Of a stretch of DNA of 64,000 bases, positions 28,651 to 44,400 are shown piece by piece (position 1 is the first letter of the stretch; every line of letters starts with the position of its first letter). The translations under genes were made by a program, and so were the position numbers. The notes beneath the pieces are model-generated. The model did not search any database, was not told the origin of the DNA, and saw only the letters and a list, made by a program, of their open reading frames with translations. The stretch spans positions 8,804,001-8,868,000 of the forward strand of contig OZ059900.1 of NCBI GenBank assembly GCA_964057225.1, read 5' to 3'. The DNA comes from Auanema rhodensis (taxonomy: Eukaryota > Animalia > Nematoda).

Positions 28651-31600
28651 AAAAAGGCCCATATTTCAATCAGTTTTGATAATCGTGCAAAATACACCTA
28701 TATGAACATTCTATGACAGTATTACATACATTTAGTCGTTTTAGAAGAAAAAAATATGCTTAAGATCAAAAGTTTGACTGATTTTGCCAAAATGCCCTTC
28801 AATCCCCAAAAAACCAATAATTCTTGATATTTTCGGTCCTTTTTGACCAAAGTGGTTAAAATTGAACATATATATGTAAAAATAGTCAAAGTTTATGAAT
28901 CCTGAATTTCAAATCCATATCTCAAAGGGTCTGATCAAAACATACAGTTTTCACATGTTTTGTACCCAAAATCGTTGAATATATGGCGTTTTGAGCATAA
29001 AAAGGCCCATATTTCAATCAGTTTTGATATTCGTGCAAAATACACCTATATGAACATTCTTTGACAGTATTTCATACATTTAGTCGTTTTAGAAGAAAAA
29101 AATATGCTTAAGATCAAAAGTTTGACTGATTTTGCCAAAATGCCCTTCAAACCCCAAAAAACCAATAATTCTTGATATTTTCGGTCCTTTTTGACCAAAG
29201 TGGTTAAAATTGGACATATATATGTAAAAATAGTCAAAGTTTATGAATCCTGAATTTCAAATCCATATCTCAAAGGGTCTGATCAAAACATACAGTTTTC
29301 ACATGTTTTGTACCCAAAATCGTTGAATATATGGCGTTTTGAGCTTAAAAAGGCCCATATTTCAATCAGTTTTGATATTCGTGCAACATACACCTATATC
29401 AACATTCTATGACAGTATTCCATACATTTAGTCGTTTTAGAAGAAAAAAATATGCTTAAGATCAAAAGTTTGACTGATTTTGCCAAAATGCCCTTCAATC
29501 CCCAAAAAACCAATAATTCTTGATATTTTCGGTCCTTTTTGACCAAAGTGGTTAAAATTGGACATATATATGTAAAAATAGTCAAAGTTTATGAATCCTG
29601 AATTTCAAATCCATATCTCAAAGGGTCTGATCAAAACATACAGTTTTCACATGTTTTGTACCCAAAATCGTTGAATATATGGCGTTTTGAGCATAAAAAG
29701 GCCCATATTTCAATCAGTTTTGATATTCGTGCAAAATACACCTATATGAACATTCTTTGACAGTATTCCATACATTTAGTCGTTTTAGAAGAAAAAAATA
29801 TGCTTAAGATCAAAAGTTTGACTGATTTTGCCAAAATGCCCTACAATCCCCAAAAAACCAATAATTCTTGATATTTTCGGTCCTTTTTGACCAAAGTGGT
29901 TAAAATTGAACATATATATGTAAAAATAGTCAAAGTTTATGAATCCTGAATTTCAAATCCATATCTCAAAGGGTCTGATCAAAACATACAGTTTTCACAT
30001 GTTTTGTACCCAAAATCGTTGAATATATGGCGTTTTGAGCATAAAAAGACCCATATTTCAATCAGTTTTGATATTCGTGCAAAATACACTTATATCAACA
30101 TTCTATGACAGTATTCCATACATTTAGTCGTTTTAGAAGAAAAAAATATGCTTAAGATCAAAAGTTTGACTGATTTAGCCAAAATGTCCTTCAAACCCCA
30201 AAAAACCAATAATTCTTGATATTTTCGGTCCTTTTTGACCAAAGTGGTTAAAATTAAACATATATATGTGAAAATAGTCAAAGTTTATGAATCCTGAATT
30301 TCAAATCCATATCTCAAAGGGTCTGATCAAAACATACAGTTTTCACATGTTTTGTACCCAAAATCGTTGAATATATGGCGTTTTGAGCATAAAAAGGCCC
30401 ATATTTCAATCAGTTTTGATAATCGTGCAAAATACACCTATATGAACATTCTATGACAGTATTACATACATTTAGTCGTTTTAGAAGAAAAAAATATGCT
30501 TAAGATCAAAAGTTTGACTGATTTTGCCAAAATGCCCTTCAATCCCCAAAAAACCAATAATTCTTGATATTTTCGGTCCTTTTTGACCAAAGTGGTTAAA
30601 ATTGAACATATATATGTAAAAATAGTCAAAGTTTATGAATCCTGAATTTCAAATCCATATCTCAAAGGGTCTGATCAAAACATACAGTTTTCACATGTTT
30701 TGTACCCAAAATCGTTGAATATATGGCGTTTTGAGCATAAAAAGGCCCATATTTCAATCAGTTTTGATATTCGTGCAAAATACACCTATATGAACATTCT
30801 TTGACAGTATTTCATACATTTAGTCGTTTTAGAAGAAAAAAATATGCTTAAGATCAAAAGTTTGACTGATTTTGCCAAAATGCCCTTCAAACCCCAAAAA
30901 ACCAATAATTCTTGATATTTTCGGTCCTTTTTGACCAAAGTGGTTAAAATTGGACATATATATGTAAAAATAGTCAAAGTTTATGAATCCTGAATTTCAA
31001 ATCCATATCTCAAAGGGTCTGATCAAAACATACAGTTTTCACATGTTTTGTACCCAAAATCGTTGAATATATGGCGTTTTGAGCTTAAAAAGGCCCATAT
31101 TTCAATCAGTTTTGATATTCGTGCAACATACACCTATATCAACATTCTATGACAGTATTCCATACATTTAGTCGTTTTAGAAGAAAAAAATATGCTTAAG
31201 ATCAAAAGTTTGACTGATTTTGCCAAAATGCCCTTCAATCCCCAAAAAACCAATAATTCTTGATATTTTCGGTCCTTTTTGACCAAAGTGGTTAAAATTG
31301 AACATATATATGTAAAAATAGTCAAAGTTTATGAATCCTGAATTTCAAATCCATATCTCAAAGGGTCTGATCAAAACATACAGTTTTCACATGTTTTGTA
31401 CCCAAAATCGTTGAATATATGGCGTTTTGAGCATAAAAAGGCCCATATTTCAATCAGTTTTGATATTCGTGCAAAATACACCTATATGAACATTCTTTGA
31501 CAGTATTCCATACATTTAGTCGTTTTAGAAGAAAAAAATATGCTTAAGATCAAAAGTTTGACTGATTTTGCCAAAATGCCCTTCAATCCCCAAAAAACCA

Positions 31601-34600
31601 ATAATTCTTGATATTTTCGGTTCTTTTTGACCAAAGTGGTTAAAATTGAACATATATATGTAAAAATAGTCAAAGTTTATGAATCCTGAATTTCAAATCC
31701 ATATCTCAAAGGGTCTGATCAAAACATACAGTTTTCACATGTTTTGTACCCAAAATCGTTGAATATATGGCGTTTTGAGCATAAAAAGGCCCATATTTCA
31801 ATCAGTTTTGATATTCGTGCAAAATACACCTATATGAACATTCTTTGACAGTATTTCATACATTTAGTCGTTTTAGAAGAAAAAAATATGCTTAAGATCA
31901 AAAGTTTGACTGATTTTGCCAAAATGCCCTTCAAACCCCAAAAAACCAATAATTCTTGATATTTTCGGTCCTTTTTGACCAAAGTGGTTGAAATTGGACA
32001 TATATATGTAGAAATAGTCGAAGTTTATGAATCCTGAATTTCAAATCCATATCTCAAAGGGTCTGATCAAAACATACAGTTTTCACATGTTTTGTACCCA
32101 AAATCGTTGAATATATGGCGTTTTGAGCATAAAAAGGCCCATATTTCAATCAGTTTTGATATTCGTGCAAAATACACCTATATCAACATTCTATGACAGT
32201 ATTCCATACATTTAGTCGTTTTAGAAGAGAAAAGTATGCTTAAGATCAAAAGTTTGACTGATTTTGCCAAAATGCCCTTCAAACCCCAAAAAACCAATAA
32301 TTCTTGATATTTTCGGTCCTTTTTGACCAAAGTGGTTAAAATTGGACATATATATGTAGAAATAGTCGAAGTTTATGAATCCTGAATTTCAAATCCATAT
32401 CTCAAAGGGTCTGATCAAAACATACAGTTTTCACATGTTTTGTACCCAAAATCGTTGAATATATGGCGTTTTGAGCATAAAAAGGCCCATATTTCAATCA
32501 GTTTTGATATTCGTGCAAAATACACCTATATCAACATTCTATGACAGTATTCCATACATTTAGTCGTTTTAGAAGAGAAAAGTATGCTTAAGATCAAAAG
32601 TTTGACTGATTTTGCCAAAATGCCCTACAATCCCCAAAAAACCAATAATTCTTGATATTTTCGGTCCTTTTTGACCAAAGTGGTTAAAATTGAACATATA
32701 TATGTAAAAATAGTCAAAGTTTATGAATCCTGAATTTCAAATCCATATCTCAAAGGGTCTGATCAAAACATACAGTTTTCACATGTTTTGTACCCAAAAT
32801 CGTTGAATATATGGCGTTTTGAGCATAAAAAGGCCCATATTTCAATCAGTTTTGATATTCGTGCAAAATACACCTATATGAACATTCTTTGACAGTATTT
32901 CATACATTTAGTCGTTTTAGAAGAAAAAAATATGCTTAAGATCAAAAGTTTGACTGATTTTGCCAAAATGCCCTTCAAACCCCAAAAAACCAATAATTCT
33001 TGATATTTTCGGTCCTTTTTGACCAAAGTGGTTAAAATTGGACATATATATGTAAAAATAGTCAAAGTTTATGAATCCTGAATTTCAAATCCATATCTCA
33101 AAGGGTCTGATCAAAACATACAGTTTTCACATGTTTTGTACCCAAAATCGTTGAATATATGGCGTTTTGAGCATAAAAAGACCCATATTTCAATCAGTTT
33201 TGATATTCGTGCAAAATACACCTATATGAACATTCTATGACAGTATTTCATACATTTAGTCGTTTTAGAAGAAAAAAATATGCTTAAGATCAAAAGTTTG
33301 ACTGATTTAGCCAAAATGTCCTTCAAACCCCAAAAAACCAATAATTCTTGATATTTTCGGTCCTTTTTGACCAAAGTGGTTAAAATTAAACATATATATG
33401 TGAAAATAGTCAAAGTTTATGAATCCTGAATTTCAAATCCATATCTCAAAGGGTCTGATCAAAACATACAGTTTTCACATGTTTTGTACCCAAAATCGTT
33501 GAATATATGGCGTTTTGAGCATAAAAAGGCCCATATTTCAATCAGTTTTGATAATCGTGCAAAATACACCTATATGAACATTCTATGACAGTATTACATA
33601 CATTTAGTCGTTTTAGAAGAAAAAAATATGCTTAAGATCAAAAGTTTGACTGATTTTGCCAAAATGCCCTTCAATCCCCAAAAAACCAATAATTCTTGAT
33701 ATTTTCGGTCCTTTTTGACCAAAGTGGTTAAAATTGAACATATATATGTAAAAATAGTCAAAGTTTATGAATCCTGAATTTCAAATCCATATCTCAAAGG
33801 GTCTGATCAAAACATACAGTTTTCACATGTTTTGTACCCAAAATCGTTGAATATATGGCGTTTTGAGCATAAAAAGGCCCATATTTCAATCAGTTTTGAT
33901 ATTCGTGCAAAATACACCTATATGAACATTCTTTGACAGTATTTCATACATTTAGTCGTTTTAGAAGAAAAAAATATGCTTAAGATCAAAAGTTTGACTG
34001 ATTTTGCCAAAATGCCCTTCAAACCCCAAAAAACCAATAATTCTTGATATTTTCGGTCCTTTTTGACCAAAGTGGTTAAAATTGGACATATATATGTAAA
34101 AATAGTCAAAGTTTATGAATCCTGAATTTCAAATCCATATCTCAAAGGGTCTGATCAAAACATACAGTTTTCACATGTTTTGTACCCAAAATCGTTGAAT
34201 ATATGGCGTTTTGAGCTTAAAAAGGCCCATATTTCAATCAGTTTTGATATTCGTGCAACATACACCTATATCAACATTCTATGACAGTATTCCATACATT
34301 TAGTCGTTTTAGAAGAAAAAAATATGCTTAAGATCAAAAGTTTGACTGATTTTGCCAAAATGCCCTTCAATCCCCAAAAAACCAATAATTCTTGATATTT
34401 TCGGTCCTTTTTGACCAAAGTGGTTAAAATTGGACATATATATGTAAAAATAGTCAAAGTTTATGAATCCTGAATTTCAAATCCATATCTCAAAGGGTCT
34501 GATCAAAACATACAGTTTTCACATGTTTTGTACCCAAAATCGTTGAATATATGGCGTTTTGAGCATAAAAAGGCCCATATTTCAATCAGTTTTGATATTC

Positions 34601-37600
34601 GTGCAAAATACACCTATATGAACATTCTTTGACAGTATTCCATACATTTAGTCGTTTTAGAAGAAAAAAATATGCTTAAGATCAAAAGTTTGACTGATTT
34701 TGCCAAAATGCCCTACAATCCCCAAAAAACCAATAATTCTTGATATTTTCGGTCCTTTTTGACCAAAGTGGTTAAAATTGAACATATATATGTAAAAATA
34801 GTCAAAGTTTATGAATCCTGAATTTCAAATCCATATCTCAAAGGGTCTGATCAAAACATACAGTTTTCACATGTTTTGTACCCAAAATCGTTGAATATAT
34901 GGCGTTTTGAGCATAAAAAGACCCATATTTCAATCAGTTTTGATATTCGTGCAAAATACACTTATATCAACATTCTATGACAGTATTCCATACATTTAGT
35001 CGTTTTAGAAGAAAAAAATATGCTTAAGATCAAAAGTTTGACTGATTTAGCCAAAATGTCCTTCAAACCCCAAAAAACCAATAATTCTTGATATTTTCGG
35101 TCCTTTTTGACCAAAGTGGTTAAAATTAAACATATATATGTGAAAATAGTCAAAGTTTATGAATCCTGAATTTCAAATCCATATCTCAAAGGGTCTGATC
35201 AAAACATACAGTTTTCACATGTTTTGTACCCAAAATCGTTGAATATATGGCGTTTTGAGCATAAAAAGGCCCATATTTCAATCAGTTTTGATAATCGTGC
35301 AAAATACACCTATATGAACATTCTATGACAGTATTACATACATTTAGTCGTTTTAGAAGAAAAAAATATGCTTAAGATCAAAAGTTTGACTGATTTTGCC
35401 AAAATGCCCTTCAATCCCCAAAAAACCAATAATTCTTGATATTTTCGGTCCTTTTTGACCAAAGTGGTTAAAATTGAACATATATATGTAAAAATAGTCA
35501 AAGTTTATGAATCCTGAATTTCAAATCCATATCTCAAAGGGTCTGATCAAAACATACAGTTTTCACATGTTTTGTACCCAAAATCGTTGAATATATGGCG
35601 TTTTGAGCATAAAAAGGCCCATATTTCAATCAGTTTTGATATTCGTGCAAAATACACCTATATGAACATTCTTTGACAGTATTTCATACATTTAGTCGTT
35701 TTAGAAGAAAAAAATATGCTTAAGATCAAAAGTTTGACTGATTTTGCCAAAATGCCCTTCAAACCCCAAAAAACCAATAATTCTTGATATTTTCGGTCCT
35801 TTTTGACCAAAGTGGTTAAAATTGGACATATATATGTAAAAATAGTCAAAGTTTATGAATCCTGAATTTCAAATCCATATCTCAAAGGGTCTGATCAAAA
35901 CATACAGTTTTCACATGTTTTGTACCCAAAATCGTTGAATATATGGCGTTTTGAGCTTAAAAAGGCCCATATTTCAATCAGTTTTGATATTCGTGCAACA
36001 TACACCTATATCAACATTCTATGACAGTATTCCATACATTTAGTCGTTTTAGAAGAAAAAAATATGCTTAAGATCAAAAGTTTGACTGATTTTGCCAAAA
36101 TGCCCTTCAATCCCCAAAAAACCAATAATTCTTGATATTTTCGGTCCTTTTTGACCAAAGTGGTTAAAATTGAACATATATATGTAAAAATAGTCAAAGT
36201 TTATGAATCCTGAATTTCAAATCCATATCTCAAAGGGTCTGATCAAAACATACAGTTTTCACATGTTTTGTACCCAAAATCGTTGAATATATGGCGTTTT
36301 GAGCATAAAAAGGCCCATATTTCAATCAGTTTTGATATTCGTGCAAAATACACCTATATGAACATTCTTTGACAGTATTCCATACATTTAGTCGTTTTAG
36401 AAGAAAAAAATATGCTTAAGATCAAAAGTTTGACTGATTTTGCCAAAATGCCCTTCAATCCCCAAAAAACCAATAATTCTTGATATTTTCGGTTCTTTTT
36501 GACCAAAGTGGTTAAAATTGAACATATATATGTAAAAATAGTCAAAGTTTATGAATCCTGAATTTCAAATCCATATCTCAAAGGGTCTGATCAAAACATA
36601 CAGTTTTCACATGTTTTGTACCCAAAATCGTTGAATATATGGCGTTTTGAGCATAAAAAGGCCCATATTTCAATCAGTTTTGATATTCGTGCAAAATACA
36701 CCTATATGAACATTCTTTGACAGTATTTCATACATTTAGTCGTTTTAGAAGAAAAAAATATGCTTAAGATCAAAAGTTTGACTGATTTTGCCAAAATGCC
36801 CTTCAAACCCCAAAAAACCAATAATTCTTGATATTTTCGGTCCTTTTTGACCAAAGTGGTTGAAATTAGACATATATATGTAGAAATAGTCGAAGTTTAT
36901 GAATCCTGAATTTCAAATCCATATCTCAAAGGGTCTGATCAAAACATACAGTTTTCACATGTTTTGTACCCAAAATCGTTGAATATATGGCGTTTTGAGC
37001 ATAAAAAGGCCCATATTTCAATCAGTTTTGATATTCGTGCAAAATACACCTATATCAACATTCTATGACAGTATTTCATACATTTAGTCGTTTTAGAAGA
37101 GAAAAGTATGCTTAAGATCAAAAGTTTGACTGATTTTGCCAAAATGCCCTACAATCCCCAAAAAACCAATAATTCTTGATATTTTCGGTCCTTTTTGACC
37201 AAAGTGGTTGAAATTGGACATATATATGTAGAAATAGTCGAAGTTTATGAATCCTGAATTTCAAATCCATATCTCAAAGGGTCTGATCAAAACATACAGT
37301 TTTCACATGTTTTGTACCCAAAATCGTTGAATATATGGCGTTTTGAGCATAAAAAGGCCCATATTTCAATCAGTTTTGATATTCGTGCAAAATACACCTA
37401 TATCAACATTCTATGACAGTATTCCATACATTTAGTCGTTTTAGAAGAGAAAAGTATGCTTAAGATCAAAAGTTTGACTGATTTTGCCAAAATGCCCTAC
37501 AATCCCCAAAAAACCAATAATTCTTGATATTTTCGGTCCTTTTTGACCAAAGTGGTTAAAATTGAACATATATATGTAAAAATAGTCAAAGTTTATGAAT

Positions 37601-38400
37601 CCTGAATTTCAAATCCATATCTCAAAGGGTCTGATCAAAACATACAGTTTTCACATGTTTTGTACCCAAAATCGTTGAATATATGGCGTTTTGAGCATAA
37701 AAAGGCCCATATTTCAATCAGTTTTGATATTCGTGCAAAATACACCTATATGAACATTCTTTGACAGTATTTCATACATTTAGTCGTTTTAGAAGAAAAA
37801 AATATGCTTAAGATCAAAAGTTTGACTGATTTTGCCAAAATGCCCTTCAAACCCCAAAAAACCAATAATTCTTGATATTTTCGGTCCTTTTTGACCAAAG
37901 TGGTTAAAATTGGACATATATATGTAAAAATAGTCAAAGTTTATGAATCCTGAATTTCAAATCCATATCTCAAAGGGTCTGATCAAAACATACAGTTTTC
38001 ACATGTTTTGTACCCAAAATCGTTGAATATATGGCGTTTTGAGCATAAAAAGACCCATATTTCAATCAGTTTTGATATTCGTGCAAAATACACCTATATG
38101 AACATTCTATGACAGTATTTCATACATTTAGTCGTTTTAGAAGAAAAAAATATGCTTAAGATCAAAAGTTTGACTGATTTAGCCAAAATGTCCTTCAAAC
38201 CCCAAAAAACCAATAATTCTTGATATTTTCGGTCCTTTTTGACCAAAGTGGTTAAAATTAAACATATATATGTGAAAATAGTCAAAGTTTATGAATCCTG
38301 AATTTCAAATCCATATCTCAAAGGGTCTGATCAAAACATACAGTTTTCACATGTTTTGTACCCAAAATCGTTGAATATATGGCGTTTTGAGCATAAAAAG
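27640..38400 (+). repeat. 14-monomer higher-order repeat, period 4872 bp (~2.2 copies), with an internal 5-monomer (1740-bp) duplication
   Basis: ORF pattern repeats at 28002/32874/37746 and 28350/33222/38094. Rare cggttct variant at about 31620 and 36490. Internal pairs 29046/30786 and 28350/30090. Confidence 0.9.
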
Positions 38401-41400
38401 GCCCATATTTCAATCAGTTTTGATATTCGTGCAAAATACACTTATATCAACATTCTATGACAGTATTCCATACATTTAGTCGTTTTAGAAGAAAAAAATA
38501 TGCTTAAGATCAAAAGTTTGACTGATTTAGCCAAAATGCCCTTCAAACCCCAAAAAACCAATAATTCTTGATATTTTCGGTCCTTTTCGACCAAAGTGGT
38601 TAAAATTGGACATATATATGTAAAAATAGTCAAAGTTTATGAATCCTGAATTTCAAATCCATATCTCAAAGGGTCTGATCAAAACATACAGTTTTCACAT
38701 GTTTTGTACCCAAAATCGTTGAATATATGGCGTTTTGAGCATAAAAAGGCCCATATTTCAATCAGTTTTGATATTCGTGCAAAATACACCTATATGAACA
38801 TTCTATGACAGTATTTTATACATTTAGTCGTTTTAGAAGAAAAAAATATGCTTAAGATCAAAAGTTTGACTGATTTTGCCAAAATGCCCTTCAAACCCCA
38901 AAAAACCAATAATTCTTGATATTTTCGGTCCTTTTTGACCAAAGTGGTTAAAATTGAACATATATATGTAAAAATAGTCAAAGTTTATGAAACCTGAATT
39001 TCAAATCCATATCTCAAAGGGTCTGATCAAAACATACAGTTTTCACATGTTTTGTACCCAAAATCGTTGAATATATGGCGTTTTGAGCATAAAAAGGCCC
39101 ATATTTCAATCAGTTTTGATATTCGTGCAAAATACACCTATATGAACATTCTTTGACAGTATTTCATACATTTAGTCGTTTTAGAAGAAAAAAATATGCT
39201 TAAGATCAAAAGTTTGACTGATTTTGCCAAAATGCCCTTCAAACCCCAAAAAACCAATAATTCTTGATATTTTCGGTCCTTTTTGACCAAAGTGGTTAAA
39301 ATTGGACATATATATGTAAAAATAGTCAAAGTTTATGAATCCTGAATTTCAAATCCATATCTCAAAGGGTCTGATCAAAACATACAGTTTTCACATGTTT
39401 TGTACCCAAAATCGTTGAATATATGGCGTTTTGAGCTTAAAAAGGCCCATATTTCAATCAGTTTTGATATTCGTGCAACATACACCTATATGAACATTCT
39501 ATGACAGTATTTCATACATTTAGTCGTTTTAGAAGAAAAAAATATGCTTAAGATCAAAAGTTTGACTGATTTAGCCAAAATGTCCTTCAAACCCAAAAAA
39601 CCAATAATTCTTGATATTTTCGGTCCTTTTTGACCAAAGTGGTTAAAATTGAACATATATATGTGAAAATAGTCAAAGTTAATGAATCCTGAATTCCAAA
39701 TCCATATCTCAAAGGGTCTGATCAAAACATACAGTTTTCACATGTTTTGTAACCAAAATCGTTGAATATATGGCGTTTTGAGCATAAAAAGGCCCATATT
39801 TCAATCAGTTTTGATATTCGTGCAAAATACACTTATATCAACATTCTATGACAGTATTCCATACATTTAGTCGTTTTAGAAGAAAAAAATATGCTTAAGA
39901 TCAAAAGTTTGACTGATTTAGCCAAAATGCCCTTCAAACCCCAAAAAACCAATAATTCTTGATATTTTCGGTCCTTTTTGACCAAAGTGGTTAAAAATGG
40001 ACATATATATGTAAAAATAGTCAAAGTTTATGAATCCTGAATTTCAAATCCATATCTCAAAGGGTCTGATCAAAACATACAGTTTTCACATGTTTTGTAC
40101 CCAAAATCGTTGAATATATGGCGTTTTGAGCATAAAAAGGCCCATATTTCAATCAGTTTTGATAATCGTACAAAATACACCTATATGAACATTCTATGAC
40201 AGTATTACATACATTTAGTCGTTTTAGAACAAAAAAATATGCTTAAGATTAAAAGTTTGACTGATTTTGCCAAAATGCCCTTCAAACCCCAAAAAACCAA
40301 TAATTCTTGATATTTTCGGTCCTTTTTGACCAAAGTGGTTAAAATTGAACATATATATGTAAAAATAGTCAAAGTTTATGAATCCTGAATTTCAAATCCA
40401 TATCTCAAAGGGTCTGATCAAAACATACAGTTTTCACATGTTTTGTACCCAAAATCGTTGAATATATGGCGTTTTGAGCATAAAAAGGCCCATATTTCAA
40501 TCAGTTTTGATATTCGTGCAAAATACACTTATATCAACATTCTATGACAGTATTCCATACATTTAGTCGTTTTAGAAGAAAAAAATATGCTTAAGATCAA
40601 AAGTTTGACTGATTTAGCCAAAATGCCCTTCAAACCCCAAAAAACCAATAATTCTTGATATTTTCGGTCCTTTTTGACCAAAGTGGTTAAAATTGGACAT
40701 ATATATGTAAAAATAGTCAAAGTTTATGAATCCTGAATTTCAAATCCACATCTCAAAGGGTCTGATCAAAACATACAGTTTTCACATGTTTTGTACCCAA
40801 AATCGTTGAATATATGGCGTTTTGAGCATAAAAAGGCCCATATTTCAATCAGTTTTGATATTCGTGCAAAATACACCTATATGAACATTCTATGACAGTA
40901 TTTCATACATTTAGTCGTTTTAGAAGAAAAAAATATGCTTAAGATCAAAAGTTTGACTGATTTTGCCAAAATGCCCTTCAAACCCCAAAAAACCAATAAT
41001 TCTTGATATTTTCGGTCCTTTTTGAACAAAGTGGTTAAAATTGAACATATATATGTAAAAATAGTCAAAGTTTATGAAACCTGAATTTCAAATCCATATC
41101 TCAAAGGGTCTGATCAAAACATACAGTTTTCACATGTTTTGTACCCAAAATCGTTGAATATATGGCGTTTTGAGCATAAAAAGGCCCATATTTCAATCAG
41201 TTTCGATATTCGTGCAAAATACACCTATATCAACATTCTATGACAGTATTCCATACATTTAGTCGTTTTAGAAGAAAAAAATATGCTTAAGATCAAAAGT
41301 TTGACTGATTTTGCCAAAATGCCCTTCAATCCCCAAAAAACCAATAATTCTTGATATTTTCGGTCCTTTTTGACCAAAGTGGTTAAAATTGAACATATAT

Positions 41401-44400
41401 ATGTAAAAATAGTCAAAGTTTATGAATCCTGAATTTCAAATCCATATCTCAAAGGGTCTGATCAAAACATACAGTTTTCACATGTTTTGTACCCAAAATC
41501 GTTGAATATATGGCGTTTTGAGCATAAAAAGGCCCATATTTCAATCAGTTTTGATATTCGTGCAAAATACACCTATATGAACATTCTTTGACAGTATTTC
41601 ATACATTTAGTCGTTTTAGAAGAAAAAAATATGCTTAAGATCAAAAGTTTGACTGATTTTGCCAAAATGCCCTTCAAACCCCAAAAAACCAATAATTCTT
41701 GATATTTTCGGTCCTTTTTGACCAAAGTGGTTAAAATTGGACATATATATGTAAAAATAGTCAAAGTTTATGAATCCTGAATTTCAAATCCATATCTCAA
41801 AGGGTCTGATCAAAACATACAGTTTTCACATGTTTTGTACCCAAAATCGTTGAATATATGGCGTTTTGAGCTTAAAAAGGCCCATATTTCAATCAGTTTT
41901 GATATTCGTGCAAAATACACCTATATGAACATTCTATGACAGTATTTCATACATTTAGTCGTTTTAGAAGAAAAAAATATGCTTAAGATCAAAAGTTTGA
42001 CTGATTTTGCCAAAATGCCCTTCAAACCCCAAAAAACCAATAATTCTTGATATTTTCGGTCCTTTTTGACCAAAGTGGTTAAAATTGAACATATATATGT
42101 AAAAATAGTCAAAGTTTATGAAACCTGAATTTCAAATCCATATCTCAAAGGGTCTGATCAAAACATACAGTTTTCACATGTTTTGTACCCAAAATCGTTG
42201 AATATATGGCGTTTTGAGCATAAAAAGGCCCATATTTCAATCAGTTTTGATATTCGTGCAAAATACACCTATATGAACATTCTATGACAGTATTTCATAC
42301 ATTTAGTCGTTTTAGAAGAAAAAAATATGCTTAAGATCAAAAGTTTGACTGATTTAGCCAAAATGCCCTTCAAACCCCAAAAAACCAATAATTCTTGATA
42401 TTTTCGGTCCTTTTTGACCAAAGTGGTTAAAATTGAACATATATATGTAAAAATAGTCAAAGTTTATGAAACCTGAATTTCAAATCCATATCTCAAAGGG
42501 TCTGATCAAAACATACAGTTTTCACATGTTTTGTACCCAAAATCGTTGAATATATGGCGTTTTGAGCATAAAAAGACCCATATTTCAATCAGTTTTGATA
42601 TTCGTGCAAAATACACCTATATGAACATTCTATGACAGTATTTCATACATTTAGTCGTTTTAGAAGAAAAAAATATGCTTAAGATCAAAAGTTTGACTGA
42701 TTTAGCCAAAATGTCCTTCAAACCCCAAAAAACCAATAATTCTTGATATTTTCGGTCCTTTTTGACCAAAGTGGTTAAAATTAAACATATATATGTGAAA
42801 ATAGTCAAAGTTTATGAATCCTGAATTTTAAATCCATATCTCAAAGGGTCTGATCAAAACATACAGTTTTCACATGTTTTGTACCCAAAATCGTTGAATA
42901 TATGGCGTTTTGAGCATAAAAAGGCCCATATTTCAATCAGTTTTGATATTCGTGCAAAATACACCTATATGAACATTCTATGACAGTATTTCATACATTT
43001 AGTCGTTTTAGAAGAAAAAAATATGCTTAAGATCCAAAGTTTGACTGATTTTGCCAAAATGCCCTTCAAACCCCAAAAAACCAATAATTCTTGATATTTT
43101 CGGTCCTTTTTGACCAAAGTGGTTAAAATTGGACATATATATGTAGAAATAGTCGAAGTTTATGAATCCTGAATTTCAAATCCATATCTCAAAGGGTCTG
43201 ATCAAAACATACAGTTTTCACATGTTTTGTACCCAAAATCGTTGAATATATGGCGTTTTGAGCATAAAAAGGCCCATATTTCAATCAGTTTCGATATTCG
43301 TGCAAAATACACCTATATCAACATTCTATGACAGTATTCCATACATTTAGTCGTTTTAGAAGAAAAAAATATGCTTAAGATCAAAAGTTTGACTGATTTT
43401 GCCAAAATGCCCTTCAATCCCCAAAAAACCAATAATTCTTGATATTTTCGGTCCTTTTCGACCAAAGTGGTTAAAATTGAACATATATATGTAAAAATAG
43501 TCAAAGTTTATGAATCCTGAATTTCAAATCCATATCTCAAAGGGTCTGATCAAAACATACAGTTTTCACATGTTTTGTACCCAAAATCGTTGAATATATG
43601 GCGTTTTGAGCATAAAAAGGCCCATATTTCAATCAGTTTTGATATTCGTGCAAAATACACCTATATGAACATTCTTTGACAGTATTTCATACATTTAGTC
43701 GTTTTAGAAGAAAAAAATATGCTTAAGATCAAAAGTTTGACTGATTTTGCCAAAATGCCCTTCAAACCCCAAAAAACCAATAATTCTTGATATTTTCGGT
43801 CCTTTTTGACCAAAGTGGTTAAAATTGGACATATATATGTAAAAATAGTCAAAGTTTATGAATCCTGAATTTCAAATCCATATCTCAAAGGGTCTGATCA
43901 AAACATACAGTTTTCACATGTTTTGTACCCAAAATCGTTGAATATATGGCGTTTTGAGCATAAAAAGGCCCATATTTCAATCAGTTTTGATATTCGTGCA
44001 AAATACACCTATATGAACATTCTATGACAGTATTTCATACATTTAGTCGTTTTAGAAGAAAAAAATATGCTTAAGATCAAAAGTTTGACTGATTTAGCCA
44101 AAATGCCCTTCAAACCCCAAAAAACCAATAATTCTTGATATTTTCGGTCCTTTTTGACCAAAGTGGTTAAAATTGGACATATATATGTAGAAACAGTCGA
44201 AGTTTATGAATCCTGAATTTCAAATCCATATCTCAAAGGGTCTGATCAAAACATACAGTTTTCACATGTTTTGTACCCAAAATCGTTGAATATATGGCGT
44301 TTTGAGCATAAAAAGGCCCATATTTCAATCAGTTTTGATATTCGTGCAAAGTACACCTATATGAACATTTTATGACAGTATTTCATATATTTAGTCGTTT

